From Schizochytrium sp. TIO01 (Eukaryota > Protista > Bigyra: Labyrinthulomycetes), in assembly GCA_004764695.1 (NCBI GenBank), contig SMSO01000014.1:4164845-4228844 (forward strand): a DNA stretch of 64,000 nt, given 5' to 3'. This document shows positions 22,351 through 33,349 of the stretch, piece after piece; positions within the stretch are counted from its first letter, which is position 1; the number at the start of each line of letters is the position of its first letter. The notes under the pieces are model-generated. The model was not told where the DNA came from, did no database searches, and saw nothing but the letters and a program-made list of their open reading frames with translations. The position numbers and the translations under genes were made by a program.

Positions 22351-23797
22351 ATTAATCTGCCACAATACGCAGAACCGTCGCAACCCTCTTTTGTAAAGGT
22401 GACCATGATCTTAAGCATGCCCGCGACCGACCATATTCAACCTTCTTGTCAATGACAAGACGACCAACCTTTTCAATGCCACAAACCATTAAGCAGACTC
22501 ATGTGCCAGCCGGCCAGTTTGCCCCGTTTGTCTTATACTTTTGAGAGTTACTTCAAACATATGCCAGTCAACATGCCCGCCAGCATGCCGACTCGGAAAC
22601 GCCAACGATCATTCATATACAGCGTGCCTGATGTACACATCTCCTTCTACTTCATCATTCCTCTGGTCAAACCCTTTTTGGTCGTCGAGGCGCAGCCGTA
22701 CGTATCGGCAGTCTCGACCTCGAACTTTCTTCCATCTCTCTCTCTCGTCATATTTGCACTCTCCCATGCACGGCATTTCATTATTCATGGTAAAAGACAC
22801 CTCGCACAGCTACACGATCAACAGCTCACCGCCATGAGCTCCTGGTATTTGTTGTTGTTGTTGCACCTACTAGTTCTTTTCCGCTCAGTCGCACTTGTGA
22901 GAATGCAATCAAGACTCTATCCTCCATATCTAATTTTGCAGGCACTCGAAATTCGCAGCATAATTTTTTGACTTACGTTTGTAGTGGTTGACCGCCGCTA
23001 CAAACCCATCTTTGGAATGCAAGAAACAAACCACTCACTCACCTCAGACCTTTTCTACTCAGTTCAATCAACCATGTCTACTTCCTTCAAAGTAGCAAAC
23101 ACATTAACTATTGTCACTGTCTCAGCTAGTTCTTGTGTGTAACTTTTATGTGAATTGCATTGTAGCGCAAACTACATTTTGCAAATCCTTACTATAAAAT
23201 TAATACTACAATGCAATGATTTGATGTTTACAAAAGCACTCCCCTTTTCTGCTTGTCTAGTTTTCTTGTCTCACTCACTCCCTGTCGATCATCCAGTACA
23301 ATATAACATACCCGCATAGATGATAAAAAATAAAAAATGATAATGATATCTTGATCAGAACCTTGCTTGCTCTAATTTGGAGACAGTCTAGGACACTAAT
23401 CAACATTTTTTTCGTGGTGGCCTGACAAATTTGTGTAGTGCAGATTGCCAAGCTTGCGCATGATCTCGTATGTTGAATGACAGAGAAAATCTCCGAATTA
23501 GTATACTATCAACGCCTCATCTCCATTCATAACCTCTCATCTGAAGGGACTGAAACACATAACCAGAGATTCAATAACTGCAACATGCAGAGCCATACAA
23601 AGGCTCGAGCTAGACCCATTAAAATCCAATCGGAATGAAGACTCGGTTCAGAAAAGCTTTCTTCGGGATTATCACTTCCCGATCAATCTACACGAAAGTA
23701 TCATGATACGATATTCTATTTCAACATTTATTATATGCGTGGGACATGCGTGAGAACGACCAAAGAAATGTGCTGCGATTTGCGCTTTACAGACCCC

Positions 23798-23833
23798 TTC
23801 TTCTTCTTCTTCTTCTTCTTCTTCTTCTTCTTC
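23798..23833. repeat. (TTC)n microsatellite
   Basis: About 12 tandem TTC units. Confidence 0.95.
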
Positions 23834-24399
23834 ATTTCTCACTTACGAGACGTATTTCCTTAAATTAGTTGGGTTGGTTGTGCTAGCACATAACAATTCT
23901 AAAAAACAACGAACAACACATATTCGCAGATAAACCATTGGTTCTTGACTTGTTATGGTGATTTACAACTTTCGGTGGCACATGGATTGCCATGGCATTG
24001 TTAAAATCTTAAAGCTAGTCAACGCACACCAACATAAGGAAGTCTGTCTATGCAGAATATCATCTAAAAATGAAAACAAAAGAATGAAAGTGAAGACGAA
24101 AATATACAGCAATATGTTTATTGAAAAAAATGCGAGCGAATAACTACGTACAAAAGGAATTAAGACGAGCAACGCAAGGTGGAGGATCAACTTATATGTA
24201 TTCACATGTAACGCAAGAAAAGCTTTGTTGTTCAAATCCAACTAGTTTATGCAAAGGAATCAGAAAAAGGTCCTGCTTGTCCAGTCCCATCAAAAAGTCG
24301 CATCATTATACTATCTAGCACATGTCCCGGTTGCTTGTCACCAGCTGCCCAATGCTGCCTTTAACCCAGCATGTTGTCCCATCAACAAAAGACTCGCAA

Positions 24400-25947
24400 T
24401 TACAGCTCAAAGGTTTCACGAATCATTGCGTACGCACCAAATTGAATTGCCGAGTTAGGCATCATCCGTACCAAGTACGGGACTATTCCTTTGAAGAAAC
24501 GACTAATACCTTCTGTCTTGTACAGCTTTCTATAGCAGTCAAAGGAGTTGCGGTACTCGATTGGTGCTCCGTTGTGACCCTGCATTTGCATCATACGGCG
24601 AACCGTGTCATTCGGGTACATCGCCAAACCAGCACAAGCTCCGCCGAATGCTCCTGCCACGAGCTTGTTAAGCACCCTCGTTTCAGGCGAAAGTGCTTCC
24701 ACCACACTCATACCTACATCAAACATGGCAAACTTGATACCCTCGTAAGGAACAGCACCAATCAAGGTAGGCGCGATGCCTCGGTACCACGAGGTGATAC
24801 CTTCTTTCTTGACCATGCTTGTCAGGGTATTTAGCAGACGCACCTGGGTGCCATCCTTGTGTACGAATCGTCCAGACATGCGAGTGCGTGCCACATCCAA
24901 GGGGTAAGTTAATACGCAGGCCGTCATGCCAGCAATAGACCCGGAGGTGAACGATAACCAGAAGGGGATCTCCATGCGCTCCTTCAAGCTACCTGAGAAG
25001 AGGCGCCCGTCCTGAAGATAAATGTCCGGATTAATCAAGCGCTGGGCAAGCATTAATTTGTACATATCGTTGCAGCTAAAAAGAATACCACGCGACGGGA
25101 ACACACGTACACAGTTCACAAAATTGCCGCGCCAGAGTCCTTTAATTCCCTCGCGTTCAACAATCAAGCGACCAGTCTCGACCATGCCAGTGTTTGCATG
25201 ACCAGTTTGTGCCATAATCCGCATGCGCTCCAGTGGTGCGACAGCCGTTTTCGCCATGGAACCAGCCACTCCGCCAGCTATCAACCTCTGTGACTCCAAA
25301 GAACCCCGTCCCGTTCATAAGTTGTATTTGTTTTGGTGGTGTATTTTCATAAATATCAGCACAAACAGGCCATTCACCACACGTCGCCAACCGCATCAGT
25401 AATCACAGGACCCGTGCGTAATATCAACGGCGTGAACCCATGGTGAACAATCCAAGGAACCGCTCAAACCACAAATTCCCATCACCCAAACATAGGCATT
25501 TGTCAAAATTCCACCACAATTGCAACGCAATTATAAGCCGAATTTTATCAACGTTAGTTATCTTCTTCTTAACTTTCATGAGCCTCTTCATAGCGTTCAT
25601 TCTGCCTCGAGTGCACAGCTCAAACAGAAGTTTTTATGCGCAGAACCGCAGTTTTTGCGCATTTCGAAGGAGCTCGATCTCATGAACTCCACCGAAAGAT
25701 CGACACAACCAACGACTGCCGCGCAGGTGCGACAACTTTCGAAAGGAATGCAGAACAGCCTTGAGCAGGCAATCTTTCAACGTACAGCAACTTGTTTTTC
25801 GCGCTCGCTACGCATTCTTTTGCGCTGCGGAAGCGTCGAAGCTGATTCGGATGTCAAAGAGGTTTGGGGCACACCAACCAATGCCTCAGCACCGGAAGGG
25901 CCCTTTGGGGCAATGACAACGCCTGCGCCGGAGGGACTCTCCGACAT
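24400..25947 (-). CDS. Mitochondrial carrier (SLC25), CoA/adenine-nucleotide carrier-like (SLC25A42/LEU5-like); 2 exons: 25947-25786 and 25287-24400
   Basis: Three PX[D/E]XX[K/R] signatures (APLERMR, YPLDVAR, YPNDTVR); LWRGN motif. Exon 1 MSESPSG...EREKQVA ends at a GTACGT donor and joins in phase 0 to CAG|RLIAGGVAG; 498-nt intron. Confidence 0.88.
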
Positions 25948-26249
25948 GGTCAAAAGCGCCTTGGGGCTGCACAGTGATCAGTTCAGGTCTACCGACAGTC
26001 AGCAGTGCGTTCGCGAGTTCGGAATTGGGATCCTGCGCGCCTGAATTATATGCATGGCATTGCTTTGCATTACATTTCATTCCCCGCGGAGATGCACGAA
26101 AGGTGCTCCGCCGCGCCGCCCTACGCCTCTATTCCCTTATAAGTCTCTTTAATTTTAGTCCTCTATAAACAATATTAATATATCTTTAGACCTCTTTAAG
26201 GATCAAGTTTCAAGGGCAATTTACCACTATCGCACGCACCCAGGGGGGC

Positions 26250-26276
26250 GAACCGCATGCGGTTCCGTAGCGGTTC
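26250..26276. promoter_or_regulatory. Perfect 16-bp palindrome GAACCGCATGCGGTTC plus an extra GCGGTTC half-site in the SLC25/NDUFB7 divergent promoter
   Basis: Seen directly, midway between two divergent ATGs (25947 and 26554); regulatory role is inferred. Confidence 0.45.
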
Positions 26277-26553
26277 ATTTAAGGCGTCAAAGCGTCCGGC
26301 TCTCTCTTTGGGCCCAATGTTATGGTACGAAAATTTTGGTATAGTTTCGTGGCATGGCACGCAACCCGAGGAAAAAATGCAAAATAGCTACTTATCGTTG
26401 GGAAACTGGGTAAATAACCCACACATTTAGTCCTTCGGAGAAAAGGACTAAAGCCTGCGCTGCCGCCGCTGCTGCGCCACGACCCCAGTTCACTTGGGCG
26501 AGATCGCGCGAGGAGAGTCGTGAGGCCGCCAGGCGCGAGAAAAGGTCATCATC

Positions 26554-27331
26554 ATGTCGGAACGCGGTACGTTGTAGCTGAGGTTCCCTCCAAACGCTTC
26601 CGCCCGTTGCCGCCCCTGCACCACCCGGGGACGCCATCATGGCGAAGCTCGTCGTCTCATGGAGGTGAGGTCGATATTTGTATATATGTGTATTTAATAT
26701 GACATATGTATTTGTGGACGTATGAAATCATCTTCGCGACTGAGGGCTTTGTGGAGATAGGATCGGACGACGGGTAGGGCTTGGGGGCAGCACCGTGGCG
26801 GCTCTTCAGGGCCAGAATAATGTGGACTAACAAGGAGGCTTTTGGATTGTTTGTTGGTTGATTCTCTATTTGCTGGTAAAATTTGCTCACCTGGATAACG
26901 ACTGTACAAATCTTGCGATATACTCGCCACCGTGGAGAATACAGAGTTGCCCATCGACCGCGAGGAGCTCAAACGCAATCAGATTGATATTGCATACCGT
27001 GACTTTTGCTCGCATCTTCTCGTCCCGCTCAACAAATGCCGTCGTGAGCACGGCTTTGCGATGTGGCAGTGCGACCACGAGCGCCACGCTTACGAGAAGT
27101 GCCAATATGAGGAGTAAGTATACATCCTGATTATCAGGTCAAAAAAGGAAATGACCTCTTGCTGGGCTTGGGGGGATGTTTTGAGTCGTTGTTTATGAAC
27201 GAATACTAACGAATCTTTTACGTGCCGCGTTTCTCTGCTTCGTTGACTAACAACGATCTTTCTTCGTGTTTGGCCTCAATTATCATTGCAGATACAAGAA
27301 GTCCGTCGCTGCCGCCAAGGCCGAAAAGTAA
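26554..27331 (+). CDS. NDUFB7: NADH:ubiquinone oxidoreductase subunit B7 (B18); 3 exons: 26554-26566, 26945-27113, 27292-27331
   Basis: Spliced product MSERELPIDREELKRNQIDIAYRDFCSHLLVPLNKCRREHGFAMWQCDHERHAYEKCQYEEYKKSVAAAKAEK has twin CX9C and RDxCxHLL..LNKCR motifs; GTACGT and GTAAGT donors, CAG acceptors, ACTAAC branch points. Confidence 0.9.
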
Positions 27332-28140
27332 ATCCCTTATCCCTTTTTCTCTTTTGTAGGCACTTTTCACTCTTTGCTTTTATATGCTTTCTCTCTGTCT
27401 TCCCTTTCCTTTTTTCATTCTTCAATTTCTCTTCCCATTTGACTCTGCGTCGAGGCTCATGGACCGGCGTACTGCCTAGTCTCTGGCCGGGTTAGCGTCC
27501 TATCTTCGTTTGCCTCGTTGTACATCCTCCCTCTTCAATAGAGGACCTCGTTGATCTGAGAGCGTGTGTACACTCTAGCTTCGAGGTAGGACATTCAGTC
27601 AGGTCTTCTCTTCGGTCTCTCCTCTCTTTCCGGCGTGGTTAGACTGCTGCGACAGATACTTTTCACTTAGCAGAAAGACATCTTTTTGCATTTTGATCAT
27701 CAATCTTGTCTATTTCTTTCTTGCGAGGACGGTGAAACAAAAGTGACACATAGATATGTAACTTCTTTTCATTCGTTTATCGACCCATACATTTCCTCCA
27801 GTTGCTACTTTCCCTCATTGTCTTTCTTCCTTCGTATTTCAAAAAGACTGTAGCCGCATCGAGCTCTCTTTCTTTTCTTCTTGCTCAAATACTACCACTT
27901 CGAAACAAAGGTAAACATGCATACTAACTCAAATTTCCGCAGCTGCACAGAAAATCATTCAGTTATAGTGATGATCCCTGCCAAACACAGGGAAATTACT
28001 GTTGTGGCAAGAGTTGAAGCTAGCTTGATTGATCCTTGCGTTACAGGAAACGAGAAAATATTTTCAGAGATTAAGTTTAGATACCTGTGGGTTGTATTAC
28101 AAGAGAACATTTTCTCTACTTTATATCTCTACTTTATATT

Positions 28141-30519
28141 TCAGAGAGAAGAAGCTGTGCTAGCAAATGGTAAGCGCGCACGGACGTCTTGGGATGAGGC
28201 ACCAATCAGCCATTCGTGCGGGCATGTAAGAAGCGAGCCTAGTTCCCAACCGCTAGGACTCCACTCGGCTACATCTTCGAAAGAAATCTGCAATGACAGG
28301 AGCCTGCTAGTTTGCCTGGGCACATGCACTCGAGAAAATTTAACCAACTTCTTAGGAGGGCGCGTTACACCATTCCTCACCGCAGAAACATTCGAACAAT
28401 TTGATCCACGAGCGAGGTAAACCTGGACGACTTCGTCTGCACAAACATCGCCAATGTTCTGCAACGTGATATCAAGCTGCCACATATTGTCTGAAAGAGC
28501 CTGTATGGTAGCGTTTGAGTAAGCAAACTCTGTATATGAAAGCCCATGTCCAAACGGAAACGCAACTTTGGTGCTATGGTGATCAAACCAGCGGTAGCCT
28601 ACAAGAAGCCCCTCCGAATAATTACCCCCCGGGTACTGTTCAGGTGTGAAAGTAATTTCTGAGCCGCGCTTGGGAAATGTAACGGGCAATCGTCCCGCAG
28701 GTACAGCGTCACCAAGGAGAATCTTGGCGAGCGCTGTGCCAAAGGCTTGGCCAGGCATAAACGAAACTAAAGCCGCATCAGCATCATCGACCATTGGTAA
28801 AATCATTGGTCCAGGCGCAATAATGACAAGTACACTACGTATATGAGAGCCCACGGCGGCATCTTGCACTGCTGTAGCTAAGCGCTCCGATGTGACATCA
28901 ACCTCAAGACTTGAGCGATCAAAACCTTCGGAAGACGACGCACTCACAACGACAATGGCCAGGGATACTTCTTCAACAAGTTTCACCGCTTCTGTAAGGT
29001 TTGACCCATCATTGAATACAAGCTCGACATCAAGGTAATTAGCTTTGAGAGCAACTTGCAAGCCTTGCAAAGCAGTGACACTGTGAGGCCCTGCATCAAC
29101 AAAACCAGATCCTCCACCTACAATAACTTTTGGGTCATTTGCAGCAGACCCTATCAGTGCAACTCGTTTGAGCTTGGCGTCTCCCGCACGCAGAGGAAGG
29201 GTCTTGTCTTTGTTTTTCAAAAGAACCATCCCTGCTGCTGCGAGATCAGCTGCAAGAATACGACGCTCGTCTGAGGTTACATCTGCATCGATGGAACACA
29301 TAGGCGGGTTTAGTGTCGGCCATAAGCCTGCACCATTCATTGCATTGAGCACATGAGTAACCTGTCGAGACAGCTGAGCATCTGCATCAGGATCCGCCAA
29401 CACACGTTTCTTTAGGTGCATGCCGTAGTGGATACCCAAAGGCATTTCTTGGTCGAGGCCGGCCTCCATTGATCGATTTGTAGAATGAGTAGCAAGCCAA
29501 TCACTGACAACAAAGCCTTCAAAACTCCAATCTTCACGCAATGTTTTGGAGAGAAGCATGCCCTGTTCGCATGCATGGAGACCGCGCACGAGATTGTAGG
29601 CACACATTATTGAGAGTACGCCTGCATCAACTGCTGCTTTGAACGGAGGGAAGTAAATCTCGTGCAAAGGTACGTCTTCGATCTCAACATTCACCCCAAA
29701 GCGGTTCGCTTCTTGGTTATTCAGCGCAAAGTGTTTTGCAGTAGCAATGATGCCCTTCACGGATTGGAGGCCCTTGATAGAAGCGGCGCTCAATGCAGCT
29801 CCGAGTTTGGGATCTTCGCCAGACAGATACTCAAAAGTGCGGCCATTCTCTGGTATACGCATCACGTTTAGACCTGGACCAAGTACCATATTGGCCCCCT
29901 TCTCCTGAAATTCCTTGGCCATTTCACGGCCCCAACGAAAGGTCAGCTCAGTAGAAAACGTTGCACCCATGTTTAATGCGCTTGGATATGCTGTAGAGTG
30001 TCCTGGTGGACCTCCTCGGAAGCCTTGTGGACCATCATTTTCACGGAGTTCGGGAATACCAAGTCTTGGGACCGCTCTCGTGCGACCCGTGTAGTTGCAT
30101 CCCATCATTGACCCATGGACAAGGAAGATTTTCTCATCAAGGGTCATGAGTTTTTCAATCCACGAGATGCCTGGTACCTCAAGGTTTTCAACGTTTGCAT
30201 TTGCAGTTGCAATAGGATTTTGTGTCCCCTGGTTTCTCGTAATCGTCTCAGAAAGCCGATCTATATTGCGGAAATCATAGCCCACATGTGCCCCTGTCAA
30301 TTTCTCAACACTGTCACTAATGTCTACACGATCGTGCGCCCACAGGTTCTCTCTATGATGATTATCTACAGCGTTTTTCAGGATCGCAAACAACAGCAGA
30401 AACCCGCATGCCGTCACGACCGCCACTCCAAACTGGCAAGTTTTCCTTTCTTGTCGTCTCTCCAGCATTTCCGTCTCTTGGTCCAAAGCTCTTCGCCTGG
30501 AAGTTTGTCCTGACTTCAT
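28141..30519 (-). CDS. Glycoside hydrolase family 3 beta-glucosidase with N-terminal transmembrane anchor and C-terminal Fn3-like domain
   Basis: DGPQG, GRTFEYLSGEDP, AKHFALNNQE, SIMCAYN, nucleophile motif GFVVSDW, PAGRLPVTF, FPFGHGLSYT; TM segment FGVAVVTACGFLLLFAIL; first ATG at 30519. Confidence 0.93.
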   Translation of the reverse strand: MKSGQTSRRRALDQETEMLERRQERKTCQFGVAVVTACGFLLLFAILKNAVDNHHRENLWAHDRVDISDSVEKLTGAHVGYDFRNIDRLSETITRNQGTQNPIATANANVENLEVPGISWIEKLMTLDEKIFLVHGSMMGCNYTGRTRAVPRLGIPELRENDGPQGFRGGPPGHSTAYPSALNMGATFSTELTFRWGREMAKEFQEKGANMVLGPGLNVMRIPENGRTFEYLSGEDPKLGAALSAASIKGLQSVKGIIATAKHFALNNQEANRFGVNVEIEDVPLHEIYFPPFKAAVDAGVLSIMCAYNLVRGLHACEQGMLLSKTLREDWSFEGFVVSDWLATHSTNRSMEAGLDQEMPLGIHYGMHLKKRVLADPDADAQLSRQVTHVLNAMNGAGLWPTLNPPMCSIDADVTSDERRILAADLAAAGMVLLKNKDKTLPLRAGDAKLKRVALIGSAANDPKVIVGGGSGFVDAGPHSVTALQGLQVALKANYLDVELVFNDGSNLTEAVKLVEEVSLAIVVVSASSSEGFDRSSLEVDVTSERLATAVQDAAVGSHIRSVLVIIAPGPMILPMVDDADAALVSFMPGQAFGTALAKILLGDAVPAGRLPVTFPKRGSEITFTPEQYPGGNYSEGLLVGYRWFDHHSTKVAFPFGHGLSYTEFAYSNATIQALSDNMWQLDITLQNIGDVCADEVVQVYLARGSNCSNVSAVRNGVTRPPKKLVKFSRVHVPRQTSRLLSLQISFEDVAEWSPSGWELGSLLTCPHEWLIGASSQDVRARLPFASTASSL

Positions 30520-30640
30520 CCCGTTGCCTCGAGTTCTCGCAAGACGATCTCCAAGATCGCAGTTTACTTTTCCGCACTTGCTTCGCAACGAATTCCAAAA
30601 TGCCCCTTTTCCATTGGAGTTTTCCCAACGATTTTCCGTC

Positions 30641-30679
30641 TGATAAAATCAACCCAAATATTTCCGTGTGATTTTATCA
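30641..30679. promoter_or_regulatory. 11-bp inverted repeat TGATAAAATCA-N17-TGATTTTATCA (paired GATA-type sites) in the GH3/MED6b divergent promoter
   Basis: Perfect inverted repeat seen directly; function inferred. Confidence 0.4.
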
Positions 30680-30775
30680 ATGCAAAAGCTGCCCTATCTT
30701 TTGCCCTTTCAAGCAGAGAAAAACAAAGAAAGAGAAAGAAGCGCCGCGCTGCGCACAGACCTCTTCCGCTTCGCC

Positions 30776-32626
30776 ATGCGCGCCAACTCCGCTCCGCAGC
30801 GGCCTGGAAAGCCGCCGCCCTCCTTTGCAAGGGCCTCCTCCTTCGCGTCACGGGCACATCAGGGCTCCGCACAGGCCAGTGATGGGGGCATGCCGGCCGC
30901 GGAGCCGCCGGGAGGGCACCAACAGAGTCACTATGGGAGCCAATATGGAGGCCACCCCCATGACAGCCAGCGCGAACAGTTTGAGGGACAGTACGCTGCG
31001 CAGTACAGTCAGAACTATGGTCAACAGCACAGCCAGCAGCACCCACAACACCACCAGCAAAATTATCAACAGCAGCAGCACCAGGCCCAGTATCACCGGC
31101 AACCACAACCACAACAGCAGCAACATCTCCAACAAAATCAACAACAGTATGATGCAAATCAAGATCAAACCTATCAGTATCAAAATCACAATCAAAGCTT
31201 GAGTCAAGGTCAGGGGCAATATCAGCATCAGCAGCAGCAGCATCATCATCAGCAGCAGCAGCAGCAACAACAGCAGCAACAACAACAACACCAACAGCAG
31301 CAGTATCATCAACATTATCAGCAGCAACATCATCAACAACAGCCATCATCACATCAACAGTATCAGCAACAGCAGCAGCAGCAGCAGCAACAACAACAAC
31401 AGCAACAACAGCCACAACAAGAACAAGAACAACAGCAACAGAGCCACTATCAGCAGCAAAAGCAACAGTACCAACCACCACCACCACCACAACAACAACA
31501 ACAACAGCAACAACAACCTCAAGGTCAGCAAATGCAAAGGCAAGGTCAACAGTGGCAACAGAGGCACCCACAGAGGCCAAGGTCGCTCGGGAAACAGGGT
31601 GTTTTCAGGGATCTGGGAAGACCAGCAGATACAATAGAGTATTTAGAGGAAGGCATGGAAAAATGGGCCAAACCAGCAGCAGCAAGGGTTAAGCTAGAGG
31701 GAAGCACCGGATCATCTGCTTCGACGTCGCTAGCAACACGCGCATCAAACACAAATAATTCTCCGACTTCTGCAGGCGGGCGGAAAAGGCAACGCCCTCC
31801 TCCCTCACTCATATTGTCTAGTGTAGAAGAGGGCTTTGAGGATTCAAGCTTTTTGCGCCTGTGTGGACAAGTTACTAAAGATAACGCGTTGGAGTACTTT
31901 TCACGCTCGCCATTTTATGAGCCATCGTGTAATAACGAGATTCTACGGGCCAAGAATCTTGACACAGAAGCACTCTCACTCATGAAGGGTATTGAGTTTA
32001 CTCTGTGTGAGTCTCCTTACGAAACGCTTTATATTGTTCTTAAGCAACGACGTTTTTCCCAAGCTGTGGTGCGGCGCCTTGCAGTCTATTATATTCTCAA
32101 CAACCGCATATACGAAGCTCCTGCCTTCCATACTATTTTGGCAACACGCCTGAGTCGTTGTGCCAGTCACCTTGAGGCAGCAATGTCCAAAATGACTCAA
32201 ATTTATACAAACATTCCAGACGCTCCTATTGGTCTTGGAAACATGGGCGCAGCTCCTCCCCGAAATCCAGAAAGCTCTCGCCGCATGCGATCTGACTCCT
32301 CCGCGCGAGGATTCATCGTAACATCCCCTTTACAAACCAAGGGACACCATTCCTTCTCACACAGTAGCAGTAGCATTACAAGCAACTCAAGCACTCCCAC
32401 ACTGCGGCGGAATAGCTCAACTCCAACACTGAAGCGTGTCAAGAGCTCCTCTAATGCACTTACTTCTGGCGAGGATCAAGTCAAAGGCTTGCTACGTGCA
32501 ATTGTTGCAAAATTTCTTCCTACACCACCCACGTCTGGTTCGTCTTCCACGTCCAAGGCGCCCTCTTCTGCGAAGTCACAGCGCCCTGGGGGCGCTGGCG
32601 GGTTCTCCACCCCTGTTAATGAATGA
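30776..32626 (+). CDS. MED6: Second, divergent MED6 paralog with a long Q/H/Y-rich prion-like N-terminus
   Basis: DNALEYFSRSPFYEPSCNNEILRAK, LYIVLKQRR, AVYYILNNRIYEAPAF, C-terminal QVKGLLRAIVAKF; gccATG at 30776 (alternative in-frame ATG at 30680). Confidence 0.82.
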   Translation: MRANSAPQRPGKPPPSFARASSFASRAHQGSAQASDGGMPAAEPPGGHQQSHYGSQYGGHPHDSQREQFEGQYAAQYSQNYGQQHSQQHPQHHQQNYQQQQHQAQYHRQPQPQQQQHLQQNQQQYDANQDQTYQYQNHNQSLSQGQGQYQHQQQQHHHQQQQQQQQQQQQQHQQQQYHQHYQQQHHQQQPSSHQQYQQQQQQQQQQQQQQQQPQQEQEQQQQSHYQQQKQQYQPPPPPQQQQQQQQQPQGQQMQRQGQQWQQRHPQRPRSLGKQGVFRDLGRPADTIEYLEEGMEKWAKPAAARVKLEGSTGSSASTSLATRASNTNNSPTSAGGRKRQRPPPSLILSSVEEGFEDSSFLRLCGQVTKDNALEYFSRSPFYEPSCNNEILRAKNLDTEALSLMKGIEFTLCESPYETLYIVLKQRRFSQAVVRRLAVYYILNNRIYEAPAFHTILATRLSRCASHLEAAMSKMTQIYTNIPDAPIGLGNMGAAPPRNPESSRRMRSDSSARGFIVTSPLQTKGHHSFSHSSSSITSNSSTPTLRRNSSTPTLKRVKSSSNALTSGEDQVKGLLRAIVAKFLPTPPTSGSSSTSKAPSSAKSQRPGGAGGFSTPVNE

Positions 32627-33349
32627 CCGGGCGAGCAGATTATCCGCTAAACTTGCTTCTTTCCATCATCTTCATGATTATGAGTATTGATTGAATGAAT
32701 GCACATCCCAACCTAAACTATGTTTTTACTCTTCTACCCCCCTGTGCAATGTAGGCAGAAACAGCCTGGTAAATGCCCTCATGCATGCACTCAAACACAG
32801 ATCCCATAAATTCTCCCTTCTTTGTAGAGGGGACTGCAGTACTCCTATTAGATTCTTAGAATGCACCACACACACAAAACACTCATCATCACTTTCCAGA
32901 AATCATTCAACCTATTCCATCATGTATGTAAAAGTACGTGCAGTTTGTTTCATCCTTCAGATTCTTCGGGACGTTTAATCATGAACGAGTTCTTTGTATG
33001 TCCTAAGGACTAGCCATGATTTTCCTAATGAACCTAAAAAACTATTTCTTAGTCATCTATAACAACAAACCAAACGGTGCATTTCAAGGCCTTATATTCT
33101 ATACTTCCTCAATCATTTCATTTCATGGAAGGATATTAAACCATCGTTTACTATTGCTATTGTTGAAACCTAGAGAGCAATAGTCATCTTCACCGTCACT
33201 TTCTTTGCTTCGCTAACCCACTAACAATAAGAGCGTCTCAAGGTCACATTTGCAATATATAAGATTGAGGAAAATGTTTTTTTTTTTTTTTTTTTTTCTT
33301 ATTTCTAATTTAATAAAGAAAAGGTTTCTTGAGCATCTATCGTCTTGGT

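Noticed and set aside
25520-26044. 174-aa + strand ORF
   Set aside because: Antisense to exon 1 and the intron of the SLC25 gene
26639-26664. Alternative NDUFB7 first exon (ATG 26639 to GTGAGG)
   Set aside because: Wrong phase for the CAG acceptor at 26944; the 26554 exon gives an in-frame, family-like N-terminus
30564-31580. 338-aa V/A-rich and poly-Leu minus-strand ORFs
   Set aside because: Antisense shadows of the MED6b polyQ region
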